A stretch of 64,000 nt of DNA from Trichosphaerium sp. ATCC 40318 (lineage: Eukaryota; Protista; Tubulinea): the NCBI GenBank assembly GCA_038496445.1, contig JALMLS010000211.1, positions 62,001 to 126,000 of the forward strand, written 5' to 3'. A model generated the notes under the pieces. The model had not been told where the DNA came from. It worked only from the letters and a program-made list of their open reading frames with translations, and did no database searches. Position 1 is the stretch's first letter, and each line of letters opens with the position of its first letter. This document shows, piece by piece, positions 14,801-27,339 of the stretch. The position numbers were made by a program, and so were the translations under genes.

Positions 14801-17800
14801 TTTCTGTTTGCAGGAATTCACAGAAGCCAGTGATATTTTTGCTATTGGGTTAATATTTTGGGAGATTTGCTCAAGAGAGCATCCTTATTCTCATTTTAAG
14901 TTTGATTTCATGTACAACCTTTTTTTTCATTTGTTATTGAGCTGATATGTTGTAGGTACGAGCTTGAGGATGCTGTAAAGCTAAATGGACTTCGCCCAAA
15001 GATGCCTGATAATGTAGCACCATGGTTTGTAAAGCTTATTAACTCATGCTGGTGTGACAGCCCCGAGCTACGGCCATCCGCCAAATGTACGAATTACAAA
15101 TCTTATTTAGATACTAACTTGTTTTACTTAGCTGTGCTAAGAAGCATGCTCAAGCATTTGGAAAATGATGTGCCCAAAGAAGATAGAGAATTTTTACGTG
15201 TATATACACAGGTAGCACAGCGTAGAAGATCACGTGCACCTAGAATAGATAGGTAGTTGATGAAATACTTTTTTTTACAAAAAAATAACTCAGGTTTTTC
15301 TTTTAGGATTACTAAGAGTCGTAGTGCTACACATAACATTCGTGGCAACCTTTTTAGAACATTTGATATAAATAAGAAGATCAATGTACTTGTTCGTGTA
15401 TCACGTGAGCAAATATGGGCTGGAAGGTAAAGAATGTTTTGTGTATCAAGTGTTCATTTAATAATGATTGTTTTAGTGACTGTGGCCATGTTATTATATT
15501 TAACGCTTCAGATGGTATTGTGATTGATATCAACCTTGTATTTGATGAGGCAATAACCGCTATCATGGCTTACAAGGGTAAACAAAAACCAAAAAATTCC
15601 AAATTTCTTAATTTTTTTATGTAGGTGAAGCTTGGGTTGCTTGCAGCCAGTGTATAAAAATATTTTCAATACAAACATTGAAAGAACAGACTAATGAAAT
15701 AACTGTACTCCGATCAGATGCCAGAAGAGTAAAAGGAGGTGTTGTAAGTGTAAAAAGTGAAAAACGCCGACTTAGATACGTGCACATTGAAAACGGAAAT
15801 ATTTATATTTCACGAACAGAAGAGGTACTTACAGTTTATCTTACGTGATTAATATTAAAACGTCCCTTTCAATAGAGATCACTGACAGCTCAAGAAAGAC
15901 CTCTAGCCAACGCAATTACGAAAATAATTGATGTACGTCAACGCAAGAAAGGAGAATGGCTTTTTTGTTGGCTTGTTCTTTCAACTTTTTTAACGTTATT
16001 AATAGGAAGAAGAATCTACTATTCTTCTTACCCTTACAAACAAAACATATGACTTTCACTTTAATTCAAAACAAGAAGCAAGGGAATGGTTTTATGCTTT
16101 ACATAGTTGGAGTGACGAAGTTGTACGTCGACTACGAGCGTCTGAATAATACATCAACTAATAACTCCACTATAGAGTGGCAATTTATGCTCGAACACAC
16201 ATCTCTTTTCGGAAGAAGCAACCGGTGTTACAAGCATTGTTAGCTTTGCAAGCGAGGTATGGACTACATCGTCTACCCATAGCGAGAAAGGGGATCTTGT
16301 TACCATAACTGTTTGGAAACCAGAGGTACGTGAAGTGTTTAGAAAATAGTGCAAGAGTTTGGAAAAAAAAAACCCTTCGCTCACGTGTGCGCTTTTTTTA
16401 GACGCATCAGATACAACGATCAATGACCCTACCTATACATACACGACATAAATACACAGTACCACCAAAGCTTAAGGCATCACCGAAAAGTCTTTGGCTA
16501 TCTGTTCATGATAAACTATTCAGCCTTGATCTAGCTGTGCGTCTAGTGTTAATTGTTTTCTTTTTTTCTTTTTTTGTGCCGTTTGGCGAACACGCAGTTT
16601 CAAGCAAGTTGACACCGTGTTGTAACAGCTTTTACTTCCTGGTATAGGCAGTGCGAAACGGCATAAAAAAAGATTGAGGAGTGACAATATATTTAGTTTC
16701 TTTTGTTCTAATTGTTTCGCGCAGGAGAAAGAAGATATCCGTTTTAAGGTGGTTCAGTCTTTTCGAGCACCAATTTTAGATATGGTAGTGTTTGGTACTA
16801 ACCTATGGGTCCTTAACACTTTGGGCGTTCATGGATTTACACTTTTAAACTGCAACCGTGCGTGCAACCTTTTTTTCTTAGACAACGAAGAACATTAAGA
16901 AAGAGACTTTTGTTGAAAGTTTTTTTTTGTTGAGGGTCTTTTTTGGAGGCGCTAAAAATAATTCGTAACAATATAAAAAAACTCCGCTTGCCTTTTTTCT
17001 AAAACTTTACGACACTGTCTCAAAGTACAAGGTCAACATATCCCTACTTTTTTCAAGCTTTCGGGACAAAAATTTTGATCGAAAATACCTCAAAACGCAT
17101 GACAAGTTGCCACTTATGTGGTATACCTTATTTACTTTGTTTTATCTAAACGAAAACTCTGTCTATATGTTTTAATTGTTTCTCAATCACTAGCACTCTT
17201 TTACTACAGAGTTTTTTTTTGGTGCTGTCTTGTCATCTCGATGTCCTTAACATACTTGCCGTTAACTCTCTGGTTTTTTTGGGAAGTGGTTTAAGGACGT
17301 TAGAGGGTAATTTGAAGTTTTTCGATTTTTGTACAGCCCGGTAACAACTTTATTTCTTTCTTTTGACAACCTGGACAAATTTGCCTATTTCGTTTGTATC
17401 AAACAAAAAAAGGGGCGGGCACTATTTCCGATGAAAACTGTAGCTATTGAATTTTTAGTTGATTTTATTTTCTGTCAATTTCAGAATTCTAAAATTTCTA
17501 TCCATAAAATATGTTTTGTAGGTTTCTTCGCACTCTGCGATATATGGGACCCACCTCAACGTGGCGACCCTTTAATAGGAGCTATTGCAGTTCTAAAAGA
17601 TGCATTATGGGTGTCATCACCTGATGGGCAAATACAGACTGTAGATATCAAGGTAAGCGAGAATGTCATTTAACGGCTTTGCTTTTTTTTTTTCCCTTTC
17701 CCTTTTTTGTTCTATTTTCAGTAAATATTTGTTGAGGTAAAAATAAACTTGTGATAGATAAGAAAGTTTCACTACAAATTGTATTTACATCTTCTAACGC

Positions 17801-17930
17801 GTTTTCTTTATAGAAAGTTGCTGTGGAGCGTGTTTTAGAGTCTGCTCATGACGATGTAGCAAATTGCTTGGTAGTTTGTCACACAGCCATGTGGTCAGCC
17901 GGGGGAGATTCTATAAGTGTCTGGGTGTGA
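8872..17930 (+). CDS. Roco-family kinase: LRRs, Roc GTPase, COR, TKL kinase, C-terminal propeller-like region with inserted PH-like domain
   Basis: RI-type and classical LRRs (LDLARNPI, IDLSNNQLKRIP), P-loop VGPENVGKT, STDGI, LWDF|AGQEIYYVTHQFFLS, VGTHSD, COR (IPWLLPE, FIPKGLFSRLL), kinase IGKGAFG, VAVKEL, IHRDLKSPNIL, DFG, NPTWLAPE; stop TGA 17928-17930. Confidence 0.95.
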
Positions 17931-18520
17931 TTCAGGACCAAAAACCTCAATTCTGTAACAAAAAATCAAGTGTAAAAAAAAAATGTAAACAAAACTTTTA
18001 AAGTAGATCCTTACGCACTCAGTAACAACGTGAAATGCTTCAGACATGGTATGGTACGTACATTATTTTTTGGTACACTCGTAAATTCGTAATTATTTCT
18101 CCTATAAATGCTAATGCAGTTTGTTTAGAGAAGACATACCATTATCATACGAGCGTGAAGATACAGTTGTTTTTTTTCTGGTGTATCCAAAAAAAGGTAT
18201 TTTCTTCTCGTCTTTTTTGCACGTGACCAATCTTCCATTGTGGTGTTGCTACATAACTCAATGATTACGACAACATTCATTTAGACTCTTAAAACTTCTG
18301 TATCATAATCAGGACGAACGTTAGGTGCCGGTTCATCAAAAAAGAAAGAAGTGTAAGAAGTTGCTTTTTCTGTAAAAGAAAACTACACAAGTTTCGTTTT
18401 AGTCCACGATTCAACCACGTTCGCAACGCTTCTCTCGTTTTCAAACAGTTATTAGATTCGTTAACTCCAAGCGTCTCATAGCAATCATCTCACTGTCATC
18501 TTTCTACAACGGTTTACATT

Positions 18521-19769
18521 ATGTATTCAGAAGACGCACTAACAACATCATCGTACGATGAAGAAGAAGACTCTGGTGATACACAAACAACATTTTCAAA
18601 GTCATACTTGGATGCAGCTGCAAGGACGAAATACAAATTATCTCAATGGAAAGAATGTATGATAGACTTACTAACTAACCAATTCAGTACGTAGTTTTTG
18701 ACTGACAACGCAACTTATGCCACTTGTTCAGAAAAACAAAAATGTTTCGTATTTGTTTTACTAACTTCTTCGTATTAGGTACATCAAAGGCTATAACATT
18801 ATTTGCTACAGACAGTATAACACCTCTTCGTAAACTTAAAATAATCGTATCTATACATGACGAATTCACAAAAAGACCAAAAGGTTCAGGAAACAAAGCA
18901 GGCATTGTATAGTACGTATACAACTTTTTTTTTTCTCGAAGTAAAACTTTAGTTTGCGCGAATTTTTTTTTACGTATTTCTACGTTGAATGACCTCTTAC
19001 TTATTTTTTTCTTCCTAGTCATGAACCTGCATCATTGTATATGCTAGTAGAACTATGGGCAACTCATTTACCACTACATTTTCAAAAGAAGAAAGTCAGA
19101 GCTAAATTTAGGCAGTTTGTCTTAAATAGTGCACCACTACTTTTTGATGTTCTTGTTAGACTAGAAATGGAGGTATGTATTAATATTACTCTTATAGCGA
19201 TTTTGTTTTGTGGAATTGCGAGAATTTAAAAAAAAATTGCAAAACAAAAAAAACAAAGCCTTTGAACGCTCTTAGTTTCGCTTGATTTCGCGATATTTTT
19301 ACGTATCTATAAAGAAAACCTACATAGTTTTTGTAAATCCGTGTTTTACGATTTTCTACGATTAAAGCCAGTAAAAAGTGATCAAACACTAACCATACTG
19401 TTTTAGATTGGTGATGGTATGGGTTCCGAATGGAAATCTCTTGATCTAAAGCTCATGGACCATGTTTTGGTTACAGGGAATCTTTTAGATTCTCCTCAAA
19501 CCATTACAATACACTCTAATAGAATACTTAAATCGTCAAGGAGGCGTAGCCAAAGTTCAAAGACTCTTTATTATCGAAGAAACGATAAAATTGATGAAGG
19601 AGGCAAACAAGTAGAGAGAAGAGCAAGTTATCCTTTAGAAAAGCGTAAAAAAGCTCGTTCTACACCTCAACGATACAAAACACAGAAAAAAACAAATACA
19701 AAACATCCAGCTCAAAATATTGCACGCGCACAGAGTTATGCTGCTAATTTAGACGCCAGGAAACGATAA
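18521..19769 (+). CDS. Protein with RasGEF N-terminal (REM)-like domain and basic low-complexity tail
   Basis: Exons AITLFATDSITPLRKLKIIVSIHDEF ... LYMLVELWATHLPLHF...FRQFV resemble the REM pattern; no CDC25 catalytic domain seen. Confidence 0.55.
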
Positions 19770-20060
19770 ATCAAAAATAAAATGTCAAAAAGCTTTAGTC
19801 AACCACAAAACACAATACAAAGGTTATAAAAGCATTAAAACGAACGTGTACGACACAATTGTAAATAGAAATAAAAAAAAAGAGATTGTCGGGCGCGAAA
19901 TCACTTGTAACTTACTTGTAACGTTCCAAAAGTACTTGAGTGTTTATAGTACATATTATTAGCTACTACAACGAAGAGAAGACGAAGTGTCACATGAATT
20001 TTCTTGACCATTCCATTTTTCGTTGTGTTTTGCCAAAAAGTTTTTTGAAAACGCTTCAGC

Positions 20061-20956
20061 ATGATCAAGGCAATATTAATTATTAATAATTATGGTAAAC
20101 CTCGCCTCACAAAGTTCTATGAGTTAATTGGCGTACGTTTTGTTTCTTTTTCAAACAAAACCGCAAATATATAAGATACATCTTATTCTAATCGTTTTGG
20201 TATGCTTTTTAGCAAGAAGAGAAACAACAAGAAGTTATACGCGAAATTTTTAAGCTGTTGTCTAAAAGAACTGAATACATGTGTAATTTTGTAGAGGGAG
20301 GCGCAAAATGGGTATGTTAAAACAGAAGTTGCAGCTGTTTGTGGAGAAAAGTAAAAATTAAATAATTTAAAGACGTCTATATGGCGTAATAGCGTTTTTA
20401 TACGTGATTTATGGTATTGGACGGCGTCTTATCATTTTTTTTAGGGCAAAAATACAAAAATTGTTTACAGGCAATATGCTACGCTTTATTTTATATTCTG
20501 GGTCGATGATAGCGAGAGCGAGCTCGGAATTCTTGATTTGATTCAAGTATTCGTTGAAAGTCTTGACAGCTGCTTTGAAAACGTCTGCGAACTTGATATT
20601 ATCTTTAGTATGGACAAGGTATGCCTTTTAACCAAAAAAGATCAAAGTCTTGTTGAATTTGAACAATGTCGCTTTTGACATTTTTACTGTATGCCTCTAC
20701 GCTCGTATGGTGCTATAGAAACAAATAAGGCCCTTTTGCGGACGCTTCAATTTTTGTTTTTGTAGAGCGATGCTAATTGCTTGTAAAGGTACACTACATC
20801 CTAAAAGAGATCGTAATGGGCGGTATGGTGCTAGATACAGATATGGCGGCAATATTAAAAGCATACAACGACCAACAAGCACTAGTCAAAGGAGAAAACA
20901 AACTACAATCAGGGTTAGACACAGTCCTTACAAAAGCGCGCATAAAAAAACGTTAA
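20061..20956 (+). CDS. AP3S: Adaptor complex AP-3 sigma subunit
   Basis: MIKAILIINNYGKPRLTKFY, IVYRQYATLYFIFWVDDSESELGILDLIQVFVESLDSCFENVCELDIIF, VHYILKEIVMGGMVLDT; 3 introns. Confidence 0.95.
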
Positions 20957-21257
20957 AGAGTAAGAAAGAATTTCATATCTACGCGTAAAACATTCGCACG
21001 TAAACAGCCTTATCAAAAACTTAGTTTTGTAAAGTGCGCTTACAAAACACCAAAACACACTGTAAACCCCTCTTATACTACATTAAAAAAAATAGACTAT
21101 TACAACTAGGTTTCACTTCTTTGCGAGTCTAGACCGTACAAGCGCTACTTAGACGTGCTATTTATTGCGTACTTAACGTTTTGTGTTTTTTTGTAGAGAG
21201 TTGAGAAGAAGTGGCTTTGTTTGTTCTGAAGATAGTCCGTTGTGGTAGGTACACAAA

Positions 21258-21950
21258 CTAATAGTGCGTCCATACTACCCAAAGGCCATGAATAATACCT
21301 AGAGATGAACAATAAGCGTATGAAATTCACACTGATAATAAAAGTGTAACGACATAGTTACCGCCAGCTGACGTGTTTGTTGCTATCGTTTATGGACGCA
21401 ATGCGTACCAGGTATAATGCCAAGTATCCACAGGATTAAATTGATAAAGAAGTGCTTTGTACAGCCTTTCTTTAGCACCACAGCGACAGGTGACAGTCCG
21501 ATAATACAAAGAACAGTATAAATAACATTCCAAAACTCTTTACCAGATAAAATGACAAACCAAGCGTGTATTATCCCTAAAGAGTGTAAGTTTAGCGAAG
21601 AAGTGATTCGTTGATCCTTTTTTGAAGTTGTTCGGCAAGAGTTGTTCAAAAAAAGATCAGACGGTTTGGGAAGTGCTTTACAGAGTGCTCTGGGGATGTA
21701 ATGAACAAGAAGGGATTTTTTGCCATACCTGGTATAACAAATAGCAAAAACAGTATCAAGTTGATAAAAAATGGAGTGCCACAATCAGACTACTCGGTAA
21801 AGATTAGAAAGTGTCGTTTGATAAACACGTGACAATTTTTTTTTTGGAAGGTTTACTTACATCTATGAGTACAGCCAGAGGTGACAAAAATACAGCAAGG
21901 ATACAAAGAAGTATTTTTTTATCCGAACAACAACCACCAGTGAGACCCAT
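21258..21950 (-). CDS. Pmp3/UPF0057 (RCI2-like) membrane protein with two tandem domains
   Basis: Spliced: MGLTGGCCSDKKILLCILAVFLSPLAVLID|SDCGTPFFINLILFLLFVIPG|IIHAWFVILSGKEFWNVIYTVLCIIGLSPVAVVLKKGCTKHFFINLILWILGIIPG|IIHGLWVVWTHY*. Confidence 0.88.
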
Positions 21951-22200
21951 TTTGCAACAAAGATTATAACCAACTAGAATTTATTTGACTACACTGACTT
22001 TTATCTCATCACAATGGCCGTCGATGAAATTACATCAACGACAAGAAAAGAGTTTACTAAAAGTGATACACACAATGCGCCAGCGACTTTGGAATTAAGT
22101 AACAACGATGTCACGGAATTCTCCTAGTTTATCACGCTACTAACTAAAGTACAAGACCGAGAGAAGGTTGTTAAAGATTGTTTAAGTAGGTATTGTAAAA

Positions 22201-23111
22201 CTACAACAATTTAGGAAATTGTCTTCCAGCAACCGTGCCACCTCTGAGAGATGTGTATACGCGACTTTCAAACTCTGCCTTATTGTTTATCATTAGGTCC
22301 GCAGCTTCTAATGTACAAACGTTAACAACAATTGACTGAAAAAAAACCATACCTGTGTTGAGTGAATCATCTGGGTTAGGTTCTATGAACAAATGCATCA
22401 ACTCAAATATAACGGGTTCAAGATTAAGAATAGGCTTCCAATCATCTAAAATATTCAAGCACATAGCACCATTGAAATCAATATTCGGATGATATATCTT
22501 TAAATGAAGTAATAAGTAACAAGAGAGAAGCAAGCATGACTTGTCAATAGTCAAAAAGCAGCAACCGTCGTTCATACAAAAACGTACCAAAGTATTACAA
22601 TCAACTTTTGGAGGATCATATGGATAGTTTGGAGGTAAATTAAATGAAAATGTATAAGTACAATTCTTGTATAACCCTTCTGAAGGTGTTATAGTGATAT
22701 TGAAGTTAATAAGATTATTAGGATCTGGAAACTCTATAGCTACACCAGGCATTTTAGTCAAGTCCAATTCTGAAATGTCTAGAATAATCACTACGGCCAT
22801 CATGCACAATTGCAACAAAAAAAAACGCTATAAACTGGCCATGTACGGGCACTGTAGCGTTTAAAAATACAATGTAAAAAGGGGCTTTGAAAGACTCTTT
22901 TTCGGCTTGTTAAATCTGCTTCATTGAAAATTTATATTTATAAACTGTGTAAAGTGGTTTTAATGCATAAATACGTACCTTTTTGCGCTCGTTGTTCCGA
23001 AAAACTACTCCGTCTTGTATTCCGTTTCCTCTCCTTCCGTTTGCTGGTTGAAGGAGTTTTGGCTTCATTATTTGTCTTGCTTGCTTCTTGGAGGTTTTTA
23101 AGTTTCAGCAT
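22201..23111 (-). CDS. UBC12: NEDD8-conjugating E2 enzyme Ubc12
   Basis: MLKL.. N-terminal extension, QRAQK|DISELDL, YPYDPPKV, IYHPNIDFNGAMCLNIL-DDWKP, LFIEPNPDDSLN, SLRGGTVAG. Confidence 0.93.
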
Positions 23112-23746
23112 TGCTTGCCGCTAGTGATTAATTGGATAATAAATTAGAGTCTTGACCCAACAAAAAAGTAGTACAGTCTAAGTCAATAAAATTAAACTTG
23201 TGTCGGCTCCTTCTTCTTCGTGCAAAATATTATTTATTGAGTTCTTTTTAAATGTTAGTACGTGCATGTCATTGAGGGAAAAAAAACTTGTAGTAACTTC
23301 TTTTGAACTAACTTTGACCTTTGTTGCACTTAAAACAACGGCGTGCATGTTGCTTCAACAATTGCGACTGATTGATTATGCTATATCAAATTGTTGTCAA
23401 TTGGTGATTGTGTCCGTGACATTGTAATACCTGCCAGTAATATAAGACAGTGGTATTGGAAATAGGAATTTGTCTTTAACTATTGCTATTTTTTAAGCTG
23501 TATGAAATTACCACATATGTTGGTCCCTCTTAGAGTATTGTAAAATAGTTTAAAGCGAAGCGTTATCGCTTGATTTGACTGTACTTGTTAGCTATTTATG
23601 GACAATAGTTGTTTAATACCAAGAAAAGTTGATGCTGCAATTAAAGCGCTTCAGTGATTACAAACACAGAAGGCGTTAAGTCGGTCCCAAAATAAATAAC
23701 ACAAACAACAATACAGGCACCTAAATAAGCTAATCAGATTATTTAG

Positions 23747-24376
23747 ATGAGCAGTAACGAAGATAAAGAGACAAAAAAGCGTAAAATAGCTCAGTGCGAT
23801 GAAGATAGCGCGGAAATACCTGCTCCGGACGCCAAAAAACAAAAAGTTGACAAAACGCCGAAAAAACCTTCAAAGCCAACAAGCCTAGCCGAAATAGACC
23901 TAGATACATTCTACAGTAAACAACCATACGCTGAGGAGTACTTATCAGAGCCAGTAACTGATGAATTGGTCAAGGAAATAGAAAAAGAATTAGAATACAA
24001 ATTACCTCAGTCTTACATTGATTTTATGAAAAGACGAAATGGTGGCATGCCTGTAGATAGCTACAAAGCTTTTTATATAGACGGAGAAGAGTATGTGTCT
24101 ATTACAGGCATCTATGGCATTGGAAAAAAGAAGAATTATAGCTTATGTGGAGGCCTGGGACAATCAAATTGGATTGACAACTGGGGATATCCAAAAATTG
24201 GAATTTGTGTTTGTGATTGTCCTTCTGGTGGTCATGATATGATTATGTTAGATTATCGTAAAGGTGGTGAGCCAGAGGTAGTACATGTTGATCAGGAAGG
24301 TGACTTTAAAATTACTTTTGTTGCAAAAGATTTCGAAACATTCATACTTGGTTTGGAAGAACCTCGTGACGAATAG
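23747..24376 (+). CDS. SMI1/KNR4 (SUKH) family protein, intronless, with basic NLS-like N-terminus
   Basis: TDELVKEIEKELEYKLPQSYIDFMKRRNGG, WGYPKIGICVCDCPSGGHDMIMLDYR, GEPEVVHVDQE, AKDFETFILGL match bacterial SMI1/KNR4 proteins. Confidence 0.92.
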   Translation: MSSNEDKETKKRKIAQCDEDSAEIPAPDAKKQKVDKTPKKPSKPTSLAEIDLDTFYSKQPYAEEYLSEPVTDELVKEIEKELEYKLPQSYIDFMKRRNGGMPVDSYKAFYIDGEEYVSITGIYGIGKKKNYSLCGGLGQSNWIDNWGYPKIGICVCDCPSGGHDMIMLDYRKGGEPEVVHVDQEGDFKITFVAKDFETFILGLEEPRDE

Positions 24377-24672
24377 CTAAAGTATCTTATTCTAAACATA
24401 GAATATCAATAAAACCACAGTTATTAGTTAATTGTTTGATTCAATGTTTGTAAATAAAACCAGTTAAAACAGGTGTTTCACAATCTTTGTTGCCATCTAT
24501 ATTTTTCTTTGACCTACAGTACGTCTAGAAGATACTAATCAGTTACAAGCCTGTCTCATATTCCTAGTATTTTTGCAGTTATGCTTCGTTATAATTAACT
24601 TTAAAGCAAGTGACCTTGCAACTTATAACGTGTTCAAGTGTACGACAATGAGCTGTTTCTGCCAAAATTTTA

Positions 24673-26030
24673 TTACATACATTGTCCGAATGCAGAGCAT
24701 ATGGCCAGTAAAGCTGTATCAAATGTTAGAAACAAATCATTGTAGCAAATCGTACCTGCAAGAACTACATTCCATCCCATAGTTGCACTTGATGATGTAC
24801 TTGATGCTGCATTTGGAGCAACTGGTGCAGCTGGAGTGGTCATTACGGGAGCCATAGTGGGGCTGTTAGTTGGAGATGTAGGTGTAGTTGGTTCTAGAGT
24901 CGTTGGTTCTGGAGTCGTCGGTTCTAGAGTTGTTGGCTCTAGAGTCATCGGTTCTGGAGTCGTCGGTTCTAGAGTCGTTGGTTCCACAGTCATCGGTTCT
25001 AGTGTCGTTGGTTCTGGAGTCGGTTCTAGTGTCGTTGGTTCTGGAGTCGGTTCTGGAGTCGTTGGCTCTGGAGTTGTCGGTTCTGGAGTTGGCTCTACCG
25101 TTGGTGTAAAATCTACACACGAACAACTTGTAAAAGTAACAACAATCCCTTCATTACCGCCACCAGTCTCAAGCAAGAGCTGTAATTTATTGATACCTGA
25201 AACCGCGCCACTCAACGTGAAACCAGGGTTTGCGTTGTAGTCTGTTTCAGGCCAAGTCCCACAGTTATGAGTAAATTCTGCACCATTTAGCCAGGCCATG
25301 AGTATTTGATCAGCGCCCCAACATTTACCAGTTATTGTGCAATCTAGTAAGGTATTAAAATCAACATCAACTCGGCTTCAAAGCCTTCCAGATATTTTAC
25401 AAAGTGAATTAAAAAAAAACCCTTTGCAAAAAAGTTACAAAAAACCACTTGGTACCTTGTGTCAAATTAAAAGACGTTTCATACACGCTCTCCGACTTTG
25501 AGATAGATGGATTACCAGGGTTCTTTACCCATCCCGACTTTAAAATTAGTTAGTATCTAGTTGCAGCAAAAAAAACGAGTAGATTCAAAGGAAATTTAAG
25601 CGAAAAACAAAACCCGCCATTGTAGGCTTTACGCGCGTAAGCAAAACTGGAAACAAAAGTCGAAATCAAGTGATCAAAAAATCCCAATTTGGTAAAGCTT
25701 GTACCGTAGTGAAATTATCGTTTGTAGGTGGATCTATAACATTTGATGCTATTGTACCAGAGTTTTCTGCTTTACAACAACCATTTCCATCCGGAGATCC
25801 GCTTTCCCAACACGTAGAAATAGCAGGATCATCGCTACTGCAGATTCTCCAATGTCTTGACTCAGAAACGGGAGTTTCGTAAAGATATGCGTCGTCAACA
25901 CCTTTATTATGCAAGAATGAGCGTCAGAATAACTTTTAAACGCTTACCTGTTGGATACAAGCTTATCTGGTTTAAGCATGTTTTTAAATTTGCTGGGATG
26001 GGCACTGACGCGTTTAAAGCATGTACTAGA
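24673..26030 (-). CDS. Secreted/surface glycoprotein with Cys-containing N-terminal domain, Pro/Thr/Glu mucin-like stalk and hydrophobic (GPI-signal-like) C-terminus; 5' end uncertain
   Basis: Exons in ORFs 25666-25914 and 24673-25299; (PTT[P/L]E)n stalk; small-residue stretch SSTSSSA followed by hydrophobic tail. Confidence 0.65.
24880..25105 (-). repeat. Coding 12-15-bp tandem minisatellite (EPTTP/EPTTL/EPTP units)
   Basis: Plus strand repeats of GGTTCT[A/G]GAGTCGT[T/C]-like units. Confidence 0.9.
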
Positions 26031-26518
26031 GCTAAAACAAAGAAAATAAAGCGGATCATTAAAGGTGGTGCAATTGAATATTTCGCGATTTTTTGAGAAG
26101 ATATTGCGCAATGCTACTACCTTAATCGGATTCACAAAATACAGTTATGAGTCCAAATCGATGATATGTAACAGGTACTTCAGTCGTCCGAGATAACTAT
26201 TTAAAAAAACTCCGACATGTACAAAGCTTAGACACGGAACTTCCACTAATTATATTAGATTCCCAGAGCGTTGGCTAGACGCTTCTGCAATCTCTATGCA
26301 TTCCAAATACTAAGTCGAACAGGATACTAAATCAGTAGCATCTACTCACCAAGGCTAAACAAAAAGAGCGGAATTATCTTTCAACTACATAGACCAGTTG
26401 GAGAACTTTCAGCTCTGAGCAATGTCGTAACAGTTGTACACAACGTTGGGCAAATAAAGGCACCAAAAAGGAGGATTAACATAGGTTGTTTAGAGCGCAA
26501 CACATGGAGGGTTTTACT

Positions 26519-27339
26519 TTATGTAAGGTTTGATAACTTGGTTTGGTATTCCAAAAACCTACAGTAACCATAATTTTTTACATAATAAAATCTCTCTTTC
26601 CTTTCACCAATGTCATTCCATCTTAAGTAATCCCCATGCTTGTCATCATTTAAATAGTTTGATAATCCTTTCATCATTGCATTAGGATGAAATTCTCTGG
26701 CCAGTCCGTTTTGTTTGTTCCTAAAAAACGTCCAATGACTCTTCATGACACCTGACTCAAACCACTTAATGAATCTTCCATGTAGCATTCCATTAACACA
26801 AAGGAAACGATCACTTTCAACACCATTGCTGTGCCACTTCTGTTGAACTCCTTCTAACTTGTCATTGATGTAACGTAATATCATTCTCGGCTGACCATTG
26901 TCATGATACTCCAAGTACTCCCCTTCACGTTTTCCATCTACACAATGATACCTTTTCCATTCTCGTTGTTTGTTATCCAATTCTAGTTGAAGACCATGCT
27001 TTTTACCATGCGCCATGTAACTTATTTTTGTCAAGTGATGTCCTGATTCACTGATTTTGTACTTAAGCCATTTCCCATTCTTTTTGAAATCGTCATCAAA
27101 CCGTGTACTTGTTGCCGTGCGTTTTGAAAGCAGAGGCCACTTAATGATAATTTCAGGGTCTATATTGGCAATACTACGTTGTATATCAAGTGGAAGATTA
27201 AGTAGCTGATGATTGAAATTATCAGATGTTGATTGATAAAACTAAAGTTGTTTCACTCATTAGTCAAACAAAAACGCAAGTGAACCTATTGAAAAGAAGC
27301 AAGCAGTACCTTTTTCGAGGATGGTGCAAGTTCAGACAT
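26519..27339 (-). CDS. F-box-like N-terminus + MORN-variant (YwqK-like) repeat protein, intact, 1 intron
   Basis: MSELAPSSKK|FYQSTSDNFNHQLLNLPLDIQRSIANIDPEIIIKWPLLSKRTATSTRFDDDFKKNGKW then repeats such as DGKREGEYLEYHDNGQ, NDKLEGVQQKWHSNG. Confidence 0.85.

Noticed and set aside
24880-25105. Repeat array as a possible CRISPR
   Set aside because: 12-15-bp tandem units with no unique spacers; coding, eukaryotic context
24836-25240. Long ORFs in alternative frames (24836-25240, 24866-25126, 24888-25109)
   Set aside because: Shadow frames of the stop-poor PTTPE minisatellite; the minus-strand mucin-like frame explains them
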